Source: Gemmatimonadales bacterium
GTDB lineage: Bacteria; Gemmatimonadota; Gemmatimonadetes; Gemmatimonadales; GWC2-71-9
Assembly: GCA_039934355.1 (NCBI GenBank)
Contig: JBDTMI010000004.1
Coordinates: 60,750 to 124,749, forward strand
Length of the DNA: 64,000 nucleotides
Reading direction: 5' to 3'
Position numbers and translations under genes: made by a program. The notes below the pieces were generated by a model. It was not told where the DNA came from and searched no databases. It was given only the letters and a program-made list of their open reading frames with translations. Within the stretch, counting starts at the first letter, position 1. Each line of letters opens with the position of its first letter. This document shows, piece after piece, positions 9,419 to 19,137 of the stretch.

Positions 9419-11083
9419 ATGGCCCTCGCCCTCGCCCGGAAATACCGCCCCCGCCGCTTCAGCGATCTGCTGGTGCAGGACCACGTGGCCAACGTGCTGC
9501 GCGGCGCCGTGGTGCGCAATCGGGTGGGACACGGGTACCTCCTGACCGGGCCGCGAGGCGTCGGCAAGACGACGGCGGCGCGCATCCTCGCCATGGCGCT
9601 CAACTGCGAACGCAAGGGTGTGGTGGCGCCGGCAGGGGAGCCGTGTGGGAGCTGCGACAGCTGCCAGCGGATCTGGACCGGTGTCGCCAACCTCGATGTG
9701 GTGGAGATCGACGCCGCCTCGAACCGCGGGGTCGACGATGCCCGCGACCTGCGCGAGCGGGCGATGTACGCCGCGTCGCAGGCCGGTCACCACAAGGTCT
9801 ACATCGTCGACGAAGCGCACATGCTGACCCGCGAGGCGTGGAACGCGCTGCTCAAAATTCTCGAAGAGCCGCCGCCGGGCGTGGTGTTCGTCTTCGCCAC
9901 CACGGAGCCGCAGAAGATCGCGCAGACCGCGGCACCGGTCCTGTCGCGCCTGCAGCGGTTCGACTTCCGTCGTATCGGCCCCGCGGCGATCCGGGACCGC
10001 CTCCGGGTCGTGCTGCACGAGGAGCAGATCGAGGCCGACGAAGACGCCCTCACGCTGATCGCCCGGCAGGCCGACGGCGGGATGCGCGATGCCCTGAGTG
10101 TGCTGGACCAGTGCCTGAGTTTCGGTGAGGGTCGTATCACCGCGGCGCGGGTCCGGGAAATCCTCGGCCTGGTGGATGACGAGATCTACACCGAGCTGCT
10201 CGCCATTCTGGCCGAGCGCCAGCCGGCCGGTGTCTTCACGCTGCTTGACCGACTGGACGAGGCAGGCGCGGATCTGATCGAGTTTTCCGGTGGCGTGGGC
10301 CAGATGCTTCGCGCGCTGTTGATGCTGCAGCTTGGGGCGACGCCCGAAGGGCTCACCGAGGCCATGCATCAGGCGCTCGCCGCTTTCCAGGACCGGCTCG
10401 CCGCCGGCGATCTGCTGCGGATGCTCAAACTGCTGGGGGAATCCGAGGCGACGATTCGCCGGAGCGCGACACCGCGCCTCGTCATCGAGACCCTGTTGCT
10501 GCGTTGGGTCCTCCTCGACCGGATGGTGGATCTGGCGGACCTGCTCGAGGGGACCAGTACTCCCCCATCCGCGGGGCCATCGCCCAGGACCACCGTAACG
10601 CCGGCACGGTCGAACCCCACGCCGCGCGCCACCGAGTCTCCGGCACATCCACCCGCCGAGTCGCCCGCCCGCCGCCCCGTGACCTCGATCGACTTCACGC
10701 TCGAGGCCCTGCGCGCGGCCTGGCCCGACCTGGTGCTCCTCGCTCGGGAGCAGAGCCGCTTCCTCGGGGAGGCGCTCAGCGCGGCGCGACCGGTGGCGGC
10801 AGCGCCACCCGCGCTGGCCCTTGAGGTACCGGATGGCAACCCGATGCACCTGGAATCGCTGGGTCGCCAGAAGGAGGCGGTGGAGCGGTTACTCGGACAG
10901 GCGGTCGGCGCTCCGGTGGTGCTGACCGTGACCGATCCCGGGGCGAAGAAGGAAGGCCCGTCTCCCCGCGGCCGACGACTGACCGAGGCGGAGACCCGCG
11001 CCGAACGGCTCAAGGTGCTCCGAACTCGTGATCCCGCCCTGGAGGCGGTGGCGGAGTCCCTGGACCTGGAAGTCATTGAATAG
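9419..11083 (+). CDS. dnaX: DNA polymerase III subunit gamma/tau
   Basis: 554 aa. Starts LARKYRPRRFSDLLVQDHV; Walker A GPRGVGKTT; Zn module CGSCDSCQ; YIVDEAHML box. Pro/Ala-rich linker and tau C-terminal region. Confidence 0.95.
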   Translation: MALALARKYRPRRFSDLLVQDHVANVLRGAVVRNRVGHGYLLTGPRGVGKTTAARILAMALNCERKGVVAPAGEPCGSCDSCQRIWTGVANLDVVEIDAASNRGVDDARDLRERAMYAASQAGHHKVYIVDEAHMLTREAWNALLKILEEPPPGVVFVFATTEPQKIAQTAAPVLSRLQRFDFRRIGPAAIRDRLRVVLHEEQIEADEDALTLIARQADGGMRDALSVLDQCLSFGEGRITAARVREILGLVDDEIYTELLAILAERQPAGVFTLLDRLDEAGADLIEFSGGVGQMLRALLMLQLGATPEGLTEAMHQALAAFQDRLAAGDLLRMLKLLGESEATIRRSATPRLVIETLLLRWVLLDRMVDLADLLEGTSTPPSAGPSPRTTVTPARSNPTPRATESPAHPPAESPARRPVTSIDFTLEALRAAWPDLVLLAREQSRFLGEALSAARPVAAAPPALALEVPDGNPMHLESLGRQKEAVERLLGQAVGAPVVLTVTDPGAKKEGPSPRGRRLTEAETRAERLKVLRTRDPALEAVAESLDLEVIE

Positions 11084-11160
11084 GGTCAGGCTTGCTTGCA
11101 TCCGACCCCACGGACCCCTAGTTTCTTCTTACTTTGCAGCGACTTAGCGATACTGAGCGT

Positions 11161-11469
11161 ATGGCAGATTGGCAGCAGCTCTATCAGTTGAGCCAGCAGA
11201 TGCAGGGGCGGCTTCACCAGCTCCAGCTCGATTTGGCCGACCACACCTATGACACGCAAGCCGGGGCCGGCATGGTCCGGGTGACGGTGGATGGGCAGGG
11301 AGTACTCCGGCGCCTGCACATCGATCCGGAATGCTTTGCGGGGCGGGATGCCGAGTTGCTGGCAGACCTGATCATCGGCGCGGTCGCCGAAGCGCAGCGA
11401 CGGGCCCACGAAGCGATGCAGCAGGAAGTTCGACGCGTGAGTCCCGCGACCCCGAACTTGCCGCTCTGA
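11161..11469 (+). CDS. ybaB: YbaB/EbfC family nucleoid-associated protein
   Basis: The ATG at 11161 gives 102 aa: MADWQQLYQLSQQMQGRL...AGMVRVTVDGQGVLRRLHIDPE...LADLIIGAVAEAQRRA. Conserved dnaX-ybaB-recR synteny. The ORF track's TTG at 11134 is an alternative start. Confidence 0.9.
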   Translation: MADWQQLYQLSQQMQGRLHQLQLDLADHTYDTQAGAGMVRVTVDGQGVLRRLHIDPECFAGRDAELLADLIIGAVAEAQRRAHEAMQQEVRRVSPATPNLPL

Positions 11470-11474
11470 AGATT

Positions 11475-12065
11475 GTGAGCGCAATCGAAGACCTGGTCAC
11501 CGAACTGGCCCGCTTGCCCGGCATTGGCCGGAAGACCGCCCAGCGACTGGCGTTCCACCTCGTGCAGCAACCCGGCGATCGCCTGACCCGGCTGGCCCGC
11601 GCGCTTGTCACCGTCGCAGAGCGGGTCCGGCCGTGTGATGAGTGCGGTCACCTCGCGGAGGGCGAGCGCTGCTCGATCTGTCTCGATCCGCGGCGTGATG
11701 CAGGACTCCTGTGTGTGGTGGAGGAGCCTGCTGCGGTCATGGTGCTGGAGCGCGCCGGCGAGTACCGCGGCCGCTATCATGTGCTGGGCGGTCGGATCGA
11801 TCCCCTGGGCGGCATTGGGCCGGAATCATTGCGGCTGGATCAACTCGTGGCCCGGGTCGATGCCGGCGGCGTGCGTGAGGTGATTCTGGCCACCAACCCC
11901 TCGATGGAAGGGGAGGTGACCGCCACCTACGTGCACCAGTTGCTCGTCGGCCGTGCGGTGAAAGTGACCCGGCTGGCCCGCGGGCTCCCCGTCGGAGGCG
12001 ATCTCGAATATGTCGACGGTGTGACGCTCGCCCTGGCGTTCACCTCCCGACAGGTGGTGGGCTGA
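11475..12065 (+). CDS. recR: Recombination protein RecR
   Basis: A GTG at 11475 in the frame of ORF 11331..12065 gives 196 aa. LARLPGIGRKTAQRLAFHL HhH motif, C4 zinc finger CDECGHL..CSIC, and Toprim segment VILATNPSMEGEVTA. Confidence 0.95.
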   Translation: MSAIEDLVTELARLPGIGRKTAQRLAFHLVQQPGDRLTRLARALVTVAERVRPCDECGHLAEGERCSICLDPRRDAGLLCVVEEPAAVMVLERAGEYRGRYHVLGGRIDPLGGIGPESLRLDQLVARVDAGGVREVILATNPSMEGEVTATYVHQLLVGRAVKVTRLARGLPVGGDLEYVDGVTLALAFTSRQVVG

Positions 12066-12347
12066 GTGCGGCGTCTGGCGGTGGTGTTCGGGGTCGCACT
12101 CGGGGCCGGGATCGGATGGACGCTGGCCCACGACCACATCGAGCGTCACCGGGAGAACCTGTTCAGTCCCCGTCCGTTCCGTCGCCTCGCCGCCCTGGGC
12201 GGGATCGATGCGGCGGGAGAACTCGAAAGTGTGCGTGTGCTGCACGATTACCTCCAGTGGGAGCGCCATCCGGTGCTCCGTCGCCGGGCCCGCGCGATCG
12301 TCCGCCGGCTTGAAGCGGCGCTGGGCTACACTCCACCGGGGACCTGA
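12066..12347 (+). CDS. Hypothetical small membrane-anchored protein
   Basis: 93 aa. GTG start directly abuts the recR stop, and its stop overlaps the mglB ATG by 1 nt. One N-terminal TM helix. G/C-ending codon bias consistent with coding. No family recognised. Confidence 0.5.
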   Translation: MRRLAVVFGVALGAGIGWTLAHDHIERHRENLFSPRPFRRLAALGGIDAAGELESVRVLHDYLQWERHPVLRRRARAIVRRLEAALGYTPPGT

Positions 12348-12838
12348 TGCCTGGGGCTTCCAGCTGGTCGTTCCGTGAAGAAGATTCCCAACGGATCACC
12401 GTGATTCTTTCGGCGTTCCTGCGGGAGTCCAACGCCCGCACGGCGATGATCGTGGACCGCGCCGGTCAGATGGTGTCGACCGTGGGCGAGGAGCCCACCT
12501 TCGATCCCACGGCGTTTGCCTCGCTCACCGCCGCCGATTTCAGTGCCAACGACCAGCTGGCGCGAATGATCGGCGAGCCGGAATTCGGCAGCCTTTTTCA
12601 TCAGGGCGAGAAGGAGTCGATGTACCTCGCCGATATCGCCCGGCGGGTGATCCTCGTCGTGCTGTTCGACAATCGCACGACCTTGGGCATGGTGAAGCTG
12701 CGGGTGCGGCAGACGGTGACGGACCTGCGCCATGTCTTCGAGGAGATGTTCACCCGGGAGCCGAGCGGCAAGCCGCCGGTGGAATCCGGGTTCATGGGTG
12801 AGGCGGAAGATGAAATTGACCGGCTGTTTGGCGCGTGA
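12347..12838 (+). CDS. mglB: Roadblock/LC7 domain protein, MglB-like GTPase-activating protein
   Basis: 163 aa. Close resemblance to Myxococcus MglB as remembered (VDRAGQMVS...ASLTAA...FHQGEKESMYL...VILVVLFDNRTTLGMVKLR). Sits directly upstream of mglA. Confidence 0.8.
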   Translation: MPGASSWSFREEDSQRITVILSAFLRESNARTAMIVDRAGQMVSTVGEEPTFDPTAFASLTAADFSANDQLARMIGEPEFGSLFHQGEKESMYLADIARRVILVVLFDNRTTLGMVKLRVRQTVTDLRHVFEEMFTREPSGKPPVESGFMGEAEDEIDRLFGA

Positions 12839-12854
12839 AGAGGAGTAATACCTG

Positions 12855-13535
12855 ATGTCGATGATCAATTACGCTTCGCGCGAGATCAACTGCAAACTGG
12901 TCTACTACGGCCCTGGGCTGGGCGGCAAGACGACCAATCTCGAATTCGTCTTCGCCAAGGTCGCCCCCAACTCGCGAGGCAAGCTGATCTCGCTCGCCAC
13001 CGAGACCGAGCGGACCCTGTTCTTCGATTTCCTGCCGGTGGATCTGGGCACGATCCGCGGCTTCAAGACTCGATTCCACCTCTACACCGTGCCGGGACAG
13101 GTGTACTACAACGCCTCGCGCAAGCTGATCCTCAAGGGGGTCGATGGCGTCGTGTTTGTCGCCGACAGCCAGATCGAGCGGATGGAGGCCAACATCGAGG
13201 CGATGCAGAACCTGTACGACAACATGGCCCAGCACGGCTACAACCTGACCACCATCCCGTTTGTCATCCAGTATAACAAGCGCGACCTGCCCAACGCGGC
13301 CACGATCCGGGAGCTGCAGGCGGCGCTGAATCCCGGCTGGGCGGTCGAGGATCCCGCCAAGCAGCGGGCGGTCCCCGATCCCTACCACGAGGGCGACTTC
13401 CTGGTCGAGCAGATCGACGGCCAGTGGATCGAGCGCGCGCCGTACTTCGAGGCGGTGGCGATGTCGGGCGATGGGGTCTTCGACACCCTCAAGGCGGTGA
13501 GCAAACAGGTGCTGAAGAGTCTCGGATCGACCTGA
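12855..13535 (+). CDS. mglA: Ras-like small GTPase MglA (gliding-motility/polarity GTPase family) with internal insertion
   Basis: 226 aa. [25 protein letters not shown] (P-loop), FHLYTVPGQ (MglA-type TxxGQ G3) and QYNKRDL (G4). Strong AGAGGAG Shine-Dalgarno 9 nt upstream. Confidence 0.9.
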   Translation: MSMINYASREINCKLVYYGPGLGGKTTNLEFVFAKVAPNSRGKLISLATETERTLFFDFLPVDLGTIRGFKTRFHLYTVPGQVYYNASRKLILKGVDGVVFVADSQIERMEANIEAMQNLYDNMAQHGYNLTTIPFVIQYNKRDLPNAATIRELQAALNPGWAVEDPAKQRAVPDPYHEGDFLVEQIDGQWIERAPYFEAVAMSGDGVFDTLKAVSKQVLKSLGST

Positions 13536-14170
13536 TGTGGAACCTGCCGAACGTGCTCACCCTCGTTCGGATCTGCCTGACGCCGGTGATCGGGCTCCTG
13601 CCGTTCATCGAAGGGTACTGGCCCAAATTCATCTGCTTCCTGGTGTTCATCTTTGCCGCTGTCACCGATGTGGTCGACGGGTACCTCGCCCGGTCCCGCA
13701 ACCTGGTGACCGATCTTGGCAAACTCCTGGATCCACTCGCCGACAAGCTGCTGCTCTTCGCCACGATCATCCCGATCTACTGGATCTCCCGCACCCGCCA
13801 CGACCTCTACGATATCCCAGTCTGGGGCAGCATCCCGCTCTGGGTCTGCCTGCTGCTCATCGGCCGCGAGATCGCGATGACCCTGTTCCGGTTCTGGGCC
13901 AAGCACCGCGGGATTGTCATTCCCGCCGCCGGGGCCGGCAAGCTGAAGGCGACACTGCAGAACATCTATATCGGCGCCACCTTCCTCTGGTTCACCTTTC
14001 GCGACGCGCGCAAGCCGCTCGGCTGGGAACACAACCGGATGGCAGAGTACTGGAATCAGTTCCATGGCGGTGTGGTCGCCCTCACGCTGGCGTTGGCGAC
14101 GATTCTCACCGTCTACTCCTTTGTGGTCTACATCTACACCTATCGCCGCCTCTTTCTCGGTTCGCGCTGA
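13535..14170 (+). CDS. pgsA: CDP-diacylglycerol--glycerol-3-phosphate 3-phosphatidyltransferase (CDP-alcohol phosphatidyltransferase family)
   Basis: The ATG at 13535 overlaps the mglA TGA by 1 nt. 211 aa. [13 protein letters not shown] and the DVVDGYLAR...GKLLDPLADK CDP-alcohol transferase signature. Confidence 0.9.
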   Translation: MWNLPNVLTLVRICLTPVIGLLPFIEGYWPKFICFLVFIFAAVTDVVDGYLARSRNLVTDLGKLLDPLADKLLLFATIIPIYWISRTRHDLYDIPVWGSIPLWVCLLLIGREIAMTLFRFWAKHRGIVIPAAGAGKLKATLQNIYIGATFLWFTFRDARKPLGWEHNRMAEYWNQFHGGVVALTLALATILTVYSFVVYIYTYRRLFLGSR

Positions 14171-14206
14171 TCCACGGCGTCCCTTCCGCCCGACCGATCG
14201 CCCTCC

Positions 14207-15493
14207 GTGCCTGACATCGAACTGCTGACCATCGGAACCGAGCTGCTCCTTGGTCTCACGCTCGACACCAACAGCGCTGAACTCGGCCGGGCACTCGCCG
14301 GGGCCGGCTTCGGTGTCGTCCGACGCACCTCGGTGACCGATCACCCAGCCGCGATCGGGGAGGCGGCCCGCGCCGCACTCGGGCGCACGGGGCTGGTGGT
14401 CTGCACCGGCGGACTCGGCCCCACCGCCGATGACATCACCAAGCGGGTGATCGCCGACCTATTCGACATGCCGCTGGAGTTCCAGCCCGCGCTGTGGCAG
14501 GGACTGGTGGACCGTTTTTCCCGGTTCGGCCGGGTGCCCTCGGAGAAGAACCGCAGCCAGGCCGAAGTGCCCCGCGGGGCGACGGTGCTGCCCAATCGGT
14601 GGGGCACCGCCCCCGGGCTCTGGCTCGAAGGAAGCGTCGATGGTCTGACCGGCGATCCGCAGGTTGCCATTCTCCTGCCCGGCGTCCCCTCCGAGATGCG
14701 CGGCTTGCTGCACCATGAGGTGCTCCCCCGGCTCGCTCGACGCGCGGGGGATCATGTGGTGCGCTCCCGTACCGTGCGGACGACGGGCATTCCGGAATCG
14801 AGCCTCGCAGGACGATTGGGCGAAATCGAAGCCGAGCTCGCCCCACTCTCGCTCGCCTATCTGCCAGGGGTGGCGGGTGTCGACCTGCGACTCACCGCCT
14901 GGAGCCTGCCAGCCGCCGAGGCAGACGCGCGTCTCGCGGTGGGAATTCGACTTCTTGCGGAGCGGGCGGGGCGCTGGGCCTACGGGGAGGAGGACGCCGA
15001 TCTCGCCGAACTGGTCCTGGCCGCGGCCCGACGGAAGGGTTGGCGGCTCGTCGTCGCCGAGTCCTGCACCGGGGGTGGTGTCGGTGCGAGGCTGACGAAC
15101 ATCGCGGGGAGTTCGGACGTTTTTCTTGGCGGAATCATCGCGTATGACAACCAGGTGAAGGTCGAGCAGCTCGGCGTCGCTCCGGAGCTGATCGAACGAC
15201 ATGGGGCCGTGAGTGAAGCGGTCGCACGGGCGATGGCCGTGGGGGTCGCCCGGCTGCTTCGCGCCGAGGCCGCGGTCGCCGTCACCGGCATCGCCGGGCC
15301 GGGCGGTGGGAGCACGGAGAAGCCGGTGGGCCTGGTTTGCATCGGCATCGCCGTGGCCGGCAGTGGGGAGGCCCACTCCCATGTCTTTCCGGGCGACCGG
15401 GGCGAGATCCGAGGTCGTGCTGCGCAGACCGCGCTGTCCTACCTGCTGCAGCGACTGACGCCCACTCCAGCCGAGCTCGGCGCGTTGAAGTAG
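14207..15493 (+). CDS. cinA: Competence/damage-inducible protein CinA (MoCF-biosynthesis domain + nicotinamide-nucleotide amidase PncC domain)
   Basis: 428 aa. N-terminal ELLTIGTELLLG...DTNSAELG and GGLGPTADDIT. C-terminal AESCTGG motif of the PncC domain. Confidence 0.9.
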   Translation: MPDIELLTIGTELLLGLTLDTNSAELGRALAGAGFGVVRRTSVTDHPAAIGEAARAALGRTGLVVCTGGLGPTADDITKRVIADLFDMPLEFQPALWQGLVDRFSRFGRVPSEKNRSQAEVPRGATVLPNRWGTAPGLWLEGSVDGLTGDPQVAILLPGVPSEMRGLLHHEVLPRLARRAGDHVVRSRTVRTTGIPESSLAGRLGEIEAELAPLSLAYLPGVAGVDLRLTAWSLPAAEADARLAVGIRLLAERAGRWAYGEEDADLAELVLAAARRKGWRLVVAESCTGGGVGARLTNIAGSSDVFLGGIIAYDNQVKVEQLGVAPELIERHGAVSEAVARAMAVGVARLLRAEAAVAVTGIAGPGGGSTEKPVGLVCIGIAVAGSGEAHSHVFPGDRGEIRGRAAQTALSYLLQRLTPTPAELGALK

Positions 15494-15611
15494 TGAGCCG
15501 GACCACCCCGCCCGGGGCCGCGCCTCAGGCAGTCCGGTACCCCCGCCGATAGTATCCGGCAGCCACCCTCGCGGTTGGCGGCAAACCCGGTGAGCGGCAA
15601 AGGGATAGGGG

Positions 15612-18600
15612 ATGAGGCAAGCCAGCGCGAAGGAGTCTGGAACCACCACGACCTGCGATGCGGTCGTGGAGGCTTTCAACGCGCATGCGCATGAGATCCG
15701 GTGCCGCAGCGACCGGCTGTTCGCCCTGCTCCTGGTCATCCAGTGGCTCGTCCTTCTCTGGGTGGCGGCCTGGATTTTCCCCGGGACGCTTCCGGCGCAA
15801 CTCGGCATCGCCTCCTATCCGTTCTCCCTCGTCGCCATCGGCACCACGCTTTTCACGCTGCTCCCCGCCGCGTGGGTTCTTGCCTGTCCTGGTCGCCGCC
15901 ACAACGGGCACCTGATCGCGCTGGCCCAGGCACTGGTCGGTACCGCACTGATCCACTTCAGCGGTGGCCGGATCGAATCTCACTTCTACATCTTCGGCGC
16001 GCTCGCAGTGCTGGCGATGTACCGCGACTGGCGCCTCCTCCTCACGTTCACCGTGACGGTCGCCGTGGATCACGCCGTTCGCGGCACGTACTATCCCGCG
16101 TCCGTCTTCGGGGAGGTGCACGTTAACTCGCTCCGCTGGCTCGAACATCCCGGGTGGGTTCTGTTTGAAGGCCTGTTCCTGGTCATCGGGATCGTGCAGA
16201 GCCGGCGGGCAATGTGGGAGACTGCGGCCAGACGGGTCGAGACGGAGACCGCCGCCAGGACCCTGGATCGCCGGATCCGGGAGCGCACAGCGGACCTCGA
16301 CGCGAGCGTCGCTCAGCACCAGGCCATCCTCGAAGCCATGGACCAGGTCCAGATCGAGGCATCACCGAATATGCGCTGGATCAGGCTGTCACCGGCCTGG
16401 GAGCGGATCACCGGGTATTCGGTCGAGGAGAGCATCGGTCGCTCGATCCTCGAGTTCATTCACCCCGACGACCGTGAGACTTCCGTCCAGGATGCCCGCC
16501 GGGCGACGGATGCTGGCGGAGTATCCGTTCGCTCCAGCACCAAGCGCTACCTCCGGAGAGACGGCCAGGTGCGCTGGATTGAAGCTGATCTGGTCGCCCT
16601 GCCGGATGGACGCTTTACCGGGCTGATGCGGGATGTGACGATTCGAAGGGAGGCCGAGGACGCGATCACATTGCAGAGCGAGTTCGAGCGGGGGGTCCTC
16701 GACGCGATGCACGCCCAGGTGGCCGTCCTCGCGGCGGATGGGCGGATCCGGGCGGTGAACCGTGCCTGGCGGGAGTTTGCCGTTGTGAACGCTGCCCACG
16801 ATCAGGCTTGCCCGGCGGAGATGGCGATCGGCTCGAACTATCTCGCCGTATGCCGGCTCGCCACGGGGGAGCGGAGTGACGAGGCTGCTCCGGCGCTGGC
16901 GGGCATCTCCGCGGTCCTCGAGGGCAGATTGTCCAGGTTCGAGCTCGACTACCCCTGCGACTCTCCATCGGAGAAGCGCTGGTTTACGCTGAACGTCACC
17001 CCATTCGGGAAGGCGATCGGCGGGGCGGTGATCGCCCACATCGATATCACCGAGCGCCGGAAAGCGGCAGAGACGCTTCGGCAGGCCCACGAACAACTCG
17101 CGCTCCATCTCGAACACTCTCCCCTCGCTGTCGTCGCGTGGGATGCGGACCACCGGGTCACCCAGTGGACCGGGAACGCAGAATCGATGTTCGGCTGGAA
17201 GGCGGAGGAAGTCGTCGGCAAGCGGCCGGGGGAGTGGGCGTGGATTGTTCCCGGGGAAGAGGAGCGGATTGCCGCGGAGTTGGCACTCCTGGCATCGGGT
17301 CGCGCCGATCAGGTCATTCTGGAGACGCGGAATTTCACGAGCACCGGGGAGATCCGGCACATTCTGTCGTGGAATTCCGTGTCGCGGGACCGCCTCGGCC
17401 GACCGGTCTCCACCTTCTCCCTCATGCAGGACGTGACCGAGATGCGTCGCGCGGAGGCCGCGCTGCAAGAGACCCAGGAACGGTTTGCACTGGCGATACA
17501 AGGGACTTCGGACGGCATCTGGGATTGGGATATCGCCGCCGGTACCGTCTGGCGCTCCCCGCGTCTGCTCCAGATTCTGGGTTTGGACACCGCGACGCTT
17601 TCCAACGCGGCAGAGGCGATCCTGGATCTGGTGCACCCGGAGGATCGGGAGTGGCTGGAGGCCGCGTTGGAGGATCACCTGCGGTGTGGTGTGCCGTTCA
17701 GGATGGAGTATCGCGTGCGGCATGGGGATGGCACGTGGCGCTGGCTCCAGGACCGCGGTCAGGCCGTCTGGTCCGCGGACGGTACCCCGACCCGCTTCGC
17801 GGGCTCCAGCAGTGACGTGACGGATCGGCGTGAGGCGCAGGAGGCGCTGCAGCGCAGCGTCCAGGAACTGGAGGAGGCCCGCGACCGCGCCGAGGCCGGC
17901 ACCCGGGCCAAATCCGAGTTTCTGGCGATGATGAGCCACGAAATCCGGACCCCGATGAATGGCGTCCTTGGCATGACCAGCCTCCTGCTCGACACGGTGC
18001 TTGACGAGGAGCAGCGGGATTGCGCCGAGACGATCAAGACCTCGGGAGATGCGCTCATGTCCATCATCAACGACATTCTGGATTTCTCGAAGATCGAAGC
18101 GGGCAAGATGACGATCGAGTCGGTCGACTGCGACGTGCGGACCGCCGTTGAAGACGTCGTTGACTTGCTCTCGCAACGCGCGGCGGAGAAGTCCATCGGC
18201 CTGACAATTGTCTACCCGGCCAGTGCGCCCGGCCGCCTGATCACCGATCCGGGTCGGCTGCGCCAGATTCTGGTCAACCTGGTGGGTAATGCCATCAAGT
18301 TTACCGAGCAGGGGAGCGTCACCATCGAGGCGAGTACCTCCATCGAGGGAGACCAGCTGCGGCTGACGGTGCGCGACACCGGTATCGGCATCGCCGCTGA
18401 GGCGCTCACCCGCCTGTTCCAGCAGTTCGAGCAGGCCGATGCGACGACGACGCGACGGTACGGTGGGACCGGCCTCGGCCTCACCATCTCGCGACGGCTG
18501 GTGGAGCTCCTGGGCGGATCGCTGGAGGTGGAGAGCATTCCAGGACGGGGAAGTGCCTTCACGGTGACACTGCCCGCACAGCGCGTCTCGCCGGTGACGA

Positions 18601-19073
18601 CGGGCGCGGATTCTGCGCCGAGCGCCGTGCCCGTCACGATGGTCGAGTCGTCCGGGCCCGGTAGCGCCATGCCCCGCGTCCTGCTGGTCGAGGACAACGC
18701 CGTCATGCAAAAGGTCGGATTTCGAATGCTGGACAAGCTCGGCTGTCGCGTCGATCTCGCGGCGAACGGGGTCGAGGCGGTCGAGATGTCGGCCCGGTTC
18801 ACCTATGATCTCGTGTTCATGGATTGCATGATGCCTGAGCTGGATGGCTACGAGGCGACGGTCCGGATTCGGCAACGCGAGGCCGGAGGGCGACGGCTCC
18901 GCATCGTCGCCATGACGGCGAGCGCCATGGCGAGTGATGCCGAACGTTGCCTCACCGCAGGGATGGATGATTACATCTCGAAACCGGTTGCGATGGCGAC
19001 CCTGGCGGAGCTCCTGCGCAAGTGGGTCTCGTCTCCGCGCACCGCACCGGCTCCAGACACTCTGCCAATCTGA
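15612..19073 (+). CDS. Hybrid sensor histidine kinase/response regulator with N-terminal 6-TM domain and multiple PAS domains
   Basis: 1153 aa. About 6 TM helices, then at least 4 PAS-like repeats, H-box [14 protein letters not shown], HATPase N/G boxes ([23 protein letters not shown]), and a receiver domain (VLLVEDN...[14 protein letters not shown]...SKP). Confidence 0.9.
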   Translation: MRQASAKESGTTTTCDAVVEAFNAHAHEIRCRSDRLFALLLVIQWLVLLWVAAWIFPGTLPAQLGIASYPFSLVAIGTTLFTLLPAAWVLACPGRRHNGHLIALAQALVGTALIHFSGGRIESHFYIFGALAVLAMYRDWRLLLTFTVTVAVDHAVRGTYYPASVFGEVHVNSLRWLEHPGWVLFEGLFLVIGIVQSRRAMWETAARRVETETAARTLDRRIRERTADLDASVAQHQAILEAMDQVQIEASPNMRWIRLSPAWERITGYSVEESIGRSILEFIHPDDRETSVQDARRATDAGGVSVRSSTKRYLRRDGQVRWIEADLVALPDGRFTGLMRDVTIRREAEDAITLQSEFERGVLDAMHAQVAVLAADGRIRAVNRAWREFAVVNAAHDQACPAEMAIGSNYLAVCRLATGERSDEAAPALAGISAVLEGRLSRFELDYPCDSPSEKRWFTLNVTPFGKAIGGAVIAHIDITERRKAAETLRQAHEQLALHLEHSPLAVVAWDADHRVTQWTGNAESMFGWKAEEVVGKRPGEWAWIVPGEEERIAAELALLASGRADQVILETRNFTSTGEIRHILSWNSVSRDRLGRPVSTFSLMQDVTEMRRAEAALQETQERFALAIQGTSDGIWDWDIAAGTVWRSPRLLQILGLDTATLSNAAEAILDLVHPEDREWLEAALEDHLRCGVPFRMEYRVRHGDGTWRWLQDRGQAVWSADGTPTRFAGSSSDVTDRREAQEALQRSVQELEEARDRAEAGTRAKSEFLAMMSHEIRTPMNGVLGMTSLLLDTVLDEEQRDCAETIKTSGDALMSIINDILDFSKIEAGKMTIESVDCDVRTAVEDVVDLLSQRAAEKSIGLTIVYPASAPGRLITDPGRLRQILVNLVGNAIKFTEQGSVTIEASTSIEGDQLRLTVRDTGIGIAAEALTRLFQQFEQADATTTRRYGGTGLGLTISRRLVELLGGSLEVESIPGRGSAFTVTLPAQRVSPVTTGADSAPSAVPVTMVESSGPGSAMPRVLLVEDNAVMQKVGFRMLDKLGCRVDLAANGVEAVEMSARFTYDLVFMDCMMPELDGYEATVRIRQREAGGRRLRIVAMTASAMASDAERCLTAGMDDYISKPVAMATLAELLRKWVSSPRTAPAPDTLPI

Positions 19074-19090
19074 CCAGCCTCCGGGGTACG

Positions 19091-19125
19091 CCCGTTGCTA
19101 TTATCTTTGGCCTACCTGCAACGGG
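19091..19125 (+). promoter_or_regulatory. Inverted repeat CCCGTTGC-N19-GCAACGGG enclosing TATTAT, upstream of grpE
   Basis: Perfect 8-bp arms at 19091-19098 and 19118-19125, with an AT-rich TATTAT at 19099-19104 in the loop. Lies between the kinase stop (19073) and the grpE start (19138). Function (operator, promoter or terminator) is not established. Confidence 0.3.
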
Positions 19126-19137
19126 ACCAAAGCCCAA

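Noticed and set aside
9245-10849. 534-aa minus-strand ORF overlapping dnaX and the upstream structured region
   Set aside because: It is antisense to dnaX, which has unmistakable clamp-loader motifs, and has no motif content of its own.
9419-11083. Programmed frameshift or slippage site in dnaX producing a gamma subunit
   Set aside because: I found no A-rich slippery heptamer (A AAA AAG type) or poly-A run anywhere in the gene, so nothing in the sequence supports it.
16389-18875. 828-aa minus-strand ORF antisense to the hybrid histidine kinase
   Set aside because: Same reasoning. The plus-strand frame carries PAS, HisKA, HATPase and receiver motifs. The antisense product is Arg/Pro-rich with no domain pattern.
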